Source: an uncultured Verrucomicrobiae bacterium | GTDB taxonomy: Bacteria > Verrucomicrobiota > Verrucomicrobiia > JADLBR01 > CALLMV01 | NCBI GenBank assembly: GCA_938005615.1 | Contig: CALLMV010000037.1 | Location: 1-10,588, forward strand | Length of the DNA stretch: 10,588 bases | Direction: 5' to 3' | Shown: positions 7,837-10,588 of the stretch, one piece after another | How positions within the stretch are numbered: position 1 is the stretch's first letter | How the letters are laid out: each line of letters begins with the position of its first letter | Position numbers and translations under genes: made by a program | Notes under the pieces: model-generated | Told to the model about the DNA's origin: nothing | Database searches by the model: none | Seen by the model: the letters and a program-made list of their open reading frames with translations, nothing else

Positions 7837-9212
7837 TTTAATAAAATTCTGCTAAGTTTCTGAAAAACGATAAGTCCTCCTAGAATAGCTAGTGTGAGCA
7901 ATACTATCTGAGGTTCTGGGATGATCTGGATCATGAGAAGTGTTCCCCTGCCGAAATCTCCCCCGGCACGGGTAAGAAGAAACAACACGTCGTCGCCGTT
8001 ATAAGTTCCAAGTGTTAGTCCCCCGCGCGCTTCTTGTCCCCAGCTGGTTATCCCATCATTACCTAAGTTAAAGAGCACTTCAAACGTGTTAGTAAGCAAG
8101 TTATAACGATTAATAGTTCCTGCGCCAGCTACGGGGTTTGGCCCTCCGGCATTGGCACCGCCTTGGATGGTCGTGTAATACAGGGAGTCGCCAAAGATAA
8201 CAGGCTCACTGTAGGCAAAGCGACCTTCAGGAAAACCTGGAGCAGTGGAATGCTGGTGAAGGGTGGTCAGTGCACTGAGTGTCAGGTCATATCGCATAAG
8301 AGCACCCGGGTTGGTAGCGGTGCCTGCAGTGGTGAAATACAGTGAATTAGTTATGGAATCATAAACTGGATTATGACCAGGCAACCTATCGCCCGCACCC
8401 AAGGGAAGCTGGGCGAGTAGTGTGAAGGTGTTTGTGACTGTATCAAAAGAGCCTAAGGTACCTGCTCCATTTGGCGAGCCGGGACCACTTATGCCTCCAG
8501 TGAATGTCGTGAAATAAAGTGTGCTGCCCACAGCCGTGAGACCATGAAAAGGAAATCTGCCATTTGGCACGTTATCAAAGGTATGCAGCACACTGGATGT
8601 GGAGGTTGTTAAGTTATATCGCATGATACCTCCTCCTTGAACGCCTAGCGGCCCGCCATTTCGCGCCATCCAGTAAAGGTTGTCGCCGATTTGCACAACG
8701 TTACTGTTGTAAGAATAAAGATTTGTAGACGGAGTGTTAGATGGGGAACTGTAAAGAACGGTATTAGTAGATGTGGGGATGTTAAATCTACTTAGCGTTC
8801 CGCGATCTCCTGTTCCACCGCGTGATGTGGTATAATAAAGATTATCTCCGGAGCGATATAAACGGCTTACTGGTGTATTACCCGTCGTGTTATCCATTGT
8901 GGCAAGCCGTGTGGTTATTGTATTTGATGAAAGATCGAAACTCGAAAGTGTGCCGAAACCCGTTGTGCCCCCGTTTTCTGAAGTAAACCAAAGTTCATTG
9001 CCAATTTGGATTGGCTTGTCGTAGGGATTCATAGCTACTGGATTACCAGGCGAAGAAATCTGAAAGTCGTAAAGCTTAGTCAGCACATGAATCTGCGCCG
9101 AAAGGTCTGAGCCCACCACACAAATAAAGATAAAGATAGCTGATATATATCTTATGAATTCAACGTTGCAAAGCGGCTTTTGATTTTTCCTCTTGCCCTT
9201 GTGATGCAGCAT
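7833..9212 (-). CDS. Secreted tandem-repeat protein with a C-terminal PEP-CTERM sorting signal. It has seven GloVer-type 'choice-of-anchor' repeats and is likely beta-propeller-like. The maximal ORF extends to 9362.
   Basis: The C-terminus IIPEPQIVLLTLAILGGLIVFQKLSRILLK* has a PEP motif, a TM helix and a basic tail, which is the PEP-CTERM/exosortase signal. Seven repeats of about 50-58 aa carry the core [IL]G..LY[FY]TT..GG..G.GT[LI].R[FY][ND]L.[TS].T, for example NELWFTSENGGTTGFGTLSSFDL, DNLYYTTSRGGTGDRGTLSRFNI, STLYFTTFTGGISGPGSPNGAGTLGSFD and DSLYYTTIQGGANAGG...GTINRYNL. I prefer the ATG at rc(9210-9212) (MLHHKGKRKNQKPLCNVEFIRYISAIFIFICVVGSDLSAQ, a Sec-type signal peptide) over the first ATG at 9362, which would add 50 residues with no hydrophobic core. 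Confidence 0.7.
   Translation of the reverse strand: MLHHKGKRKNQKPLCNVEFIRYISAIFIFICVVGSDLSAQIHVLTKLYDFQISSPGNPVAMNPYDKPIQIGNELWFTSENGGTTGFGTLSSFDLSSNTITTRLATMDNTTGNTPVSRLYRSGDNLYYTTSRGGTGDRGTLSRFNIPTSTNTVLYSSPSNTPSTNLYSYNSNVVQIGDNLYWMARNGGPLGVQGGGIMRYNLTTSTSSVLHTFDNVPNGRFPFHGLTAVGSTLYFTTFTGGISGPGSPNGAGTLGSFDTVTNTFTLLAQLPLGAGDRLPGHNPVYDSITNSLYFTTAGTATNPGALMRYDLTLSALTTLHQHSTAPGFPEGRFAYSEPVIFGDSLYYTTIQGGANAGGPNPVAGAGTINRYNLLTNTFEVLFNLGNDGITSWGQEARGGLTLGTYNGDDVLFLLTRAGGDFGRGTLLMIQIIPEPQIVLLTLAILGGLIVFQKLSRILLK
7926..9014 (-). repeat. Seven in-frame tandem coding repeats (about 150-175 nt each) inside the PEP-CTERM protein gene.
   Basis: Periodic recurrence of LY(F/Y)TT..GG...GT(L/I).R(F/Y)(N/D) in the translated product. 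The repeats have diverged at nucleotide level. Confidence 0.6.
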
Positions 9213-9600
9213 TAATTCTGGCCACGGCTTTCTAGCTTTTCTTTTCGGTAAAACGTTTTCGCAATCCGAGAGAGAGCTAAGCGTTAACGAGCAGGGACTG
9301 TGGAATTTCAGGCGAGCAAAGTGAAAGGTGGGGCTTTTCATAAATTTAATAATGAGACTCATTCTCGATTAAGTCAACATTTTTTTGTTTTGCTGGAACT
9401 GAATTTGCAGTACTTAAAGGCGTCTGCCACGCCATGCAGCGTGTTTGCCTCTTTCAAACGCCCTGAACTATTTTCCACGGAAGAACTTCAGCTTTGCGAC
9501 ATGCGTTCTTGATCTTTTCCCTACGCGTGAGCGGTATTTTAAGAAATATTTTACCAGCAATGGTGCTGAGCTCGGATTTAGTGCAATCTGGTTTGGAAAT

Positions 9601-10110
9601 TCATTTACCCAGATCGAGCAGCATCTTCACAAACCTGTTCGGATATTTCCTTCGCGGGGTGATAGCATAGAATGCCTCCCTCAGACCCGGCACTGTGAAC
9701 ACTTCCACGAGAGTTCTGCTCTTCAGCTCATCAGCCACGACCACCCGAGGCACCAAGGCGAGGGCGTCGCTCTCGCGAGCGACTAAGCGCAGCATGGCCA
9801 TATCCTCCACCTCTGCCACTACATTGGTCCTGATGCCCGCCCTTTCCAGCATCGCATCGAAGGCTCCGCGAAGATTGTTATCAGCCGTGGGCAAGACAAT
9901 GCGCATACCTTCGAGATCTTGGGGAAAACGAAATTTCCTACGCCACTTCCTTGGGCCAGGAGCCACGAGGCAGACATCTTGTTCGTCAATCAGTTGGCTG
10001 AACCAAGAGGAACGCTCGTTCCTTTGTGCGGTTTGGTCGGTCAGAATAAGTTCGATCTCGTGCTTCTCCAGCTTGTTCAAAAGTTCATGGATACTTCCTG
10101 AGACGACCAC
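9601..10110 (-). pseudogene. LysR-family transcriptional regulator fragment. Only the substrate-binding (effector) domain is present and the N-terminal HTH DNA-binding domain is absent.
   Basis: The ORF (GTG at rc 10108-10110) translates as VVSGSIHELLNKLEKHEIELILTDQ...DVCLVAPGPRKW...LEGMRIVLPTADNNLRGAFDAMLERAGIRTNVVAEVEDMAMLRLVARESDALALVPRVVVADELKSRTLVEVFTVP...YAITPRRKYPNRFVKMLLDLGK, which matches the LysR substrate-binding domain from about residue 100 onward. An in-frame TAG sits 2 codons upstream of the GTG. None of the three frames of 10111-10330 encodes an HTH. It could also be a free-standing effector domain. Confidence 0.5.
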
Positions 10111-10448
10111 AATCTAGGCATCGAGCCAAAAAACTCTGCAGATCATGCTCACAATAGCAGTCATTAGTATGCCGATTGTCATCGCTTACACGACAACTAT
10201 TTACTGGATATTTCGTGCTAAGACTAAGCTTGATGAGCACAGCTATTGAGTCTGGATGTGTTGTTTGTAACTTTCGTGTTCTTTATTGATTAGAAGTAAG
10301 TTAGTTCAGTACAGCAGATTTATCTTTGTGTTGCCTTAAAATTTGGCGAAACTTTTTGTCCCATTTAGGTATCTTGGTAGCTCGTGACGAGAAACAATTC
10401 TGGCCTTTGAAATATTCGAAGTTCCACAAAATCTGAAGTTAAAAAAAA

Positions 10449-10468
10449 GGCCGGGCGGGTGCCCGGCC
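10449..10468 (-). terminator. Rho-independent terminator for the minus-strand gene ending at 10494.
   Basis: Perfect 8-bp GC stem GGCCGGGC / GCCCGGCC with a 4-nt loop. On the minus strand it is immediately followed by a U8 tract (the A8 at 10441-10448 on the + strand). It lies 25 nt downstream of the TAA of the minus-strand ORF. Confidence 0.75.
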
Positions 10469-10493
10469 TGGCGGTAAAACCGACGTGTGTGTG

Positions 10494-10588
10494 ATTAGAA
10501 GTCCCAGCGCAAGCCGAGGCTGCCGGTATGGGACGTGTAGCGGCTGATGCCGAGGTTGGCCTCGTAGCCCAGATACCAGCTCAGTTGG
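10494..10588 (-). CDS. C-terminal end of an outer-membrane beta-barrel-like protein (3' partial; the gene continues beyond the window end).
   Basis: Reverse-complement translation gives ...LSWYLGYEANLGISRYTSHTGSLGLRWDF*. The alternating hydrophobic/polar pattern and C-terminal aromatic Phe are typical of OMP beta-barrel terminal strands. The sequence is high GC like the flanking native genes. Only 31 codons are visible. Confidence 0.45.

Noticed and set aside
9300-10117. Plus-strand ORFs 9300..9512, 9445..9786, 9695..10117 and 9919..10101
   Set aside because: They are antisense to the LysR fragment or lie within the PEP-CTERM gene's upstream leader/promoter. They have no motifs, and the Ser/Thr/Arg-rich composition is typical of shadow ORFs.
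1-10588. Searched for CRISPR arrays, tRNA/rRNA genes, IS/transposase or integrase genes, toxin-antitoxin pairs and short periodic DNA repeats
   Set aside because: I saw no regularly spaced direct repeats, no tRNA-like cloverleaf or GTTCGAATC-type T-arm sequences, and no transposase, integrase or nuclease-like ORFs. The only periodicity is the in-frame protein repeat at 7926-9014.

Overview
The window reads as high-GC (about 60-68%) chromosomal DNA from a PVC-superphylum bacterium, most likely Verrucomicrobia. The evidence is a DUF1559 'H-X9-DG' prepilin-like protein and a PEP-CTERM protein built from GloVer-type tandem repeats. All product calls rest on motifs I recognised by eye. No searches were run and the GC figures come from hand counts of sampled 60-nt lines.

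The window contains these genes, from left to right:
- the 5' part of a minus-strand gene for a thioredoxin-fold DUF255/YyaL-type protein, starting at 1055;
- a divergently transcribed flotillin/SPFH gene (1168-2610);
- a tripartite tricarboxylate transporter locus in which the periplasmic binding protein TctC and the small membrane subunit TctB are fused in one ORF (2672-4297), followed 5 nt later by tctA (4302-5789);
- a compositionally distinct minus-strand operon of three tightly packed genes: a signal-peptide/PEP-CTERM protein with seven GloVer-type repeats, a DUF1559 pseudopilin-like protein whose GTG start overlaps the upstream stop as GTGA, and a di-heme cytochrome c peroxidase (CCP/MauG family), with GC roughly 40-55% in sampled lines;
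- a LysR-family substrate-binding domain with no N-terminal helix-turn-helix domain (9601-10110);
- a 330-bp AT-rich non-coding stretch;
- a clean rho-independent terminator serving the minus strand;
- the C-terminal end of a minus-strand outer-membrane beta-barrel-like gene.

I found no tRNA, rRNA, CRISPR array, transposase or integrase.

The most interesting candidate is the low-GC, translationally coupled operon of the PEP-CTERM repeat protein, the DUF1559 pseudopilin and the MauG/CCP-like di-heme enzyme. It may be a horizontally acquired module for a surface or secreted protein and its oxidoreductase. Its function is inference only.
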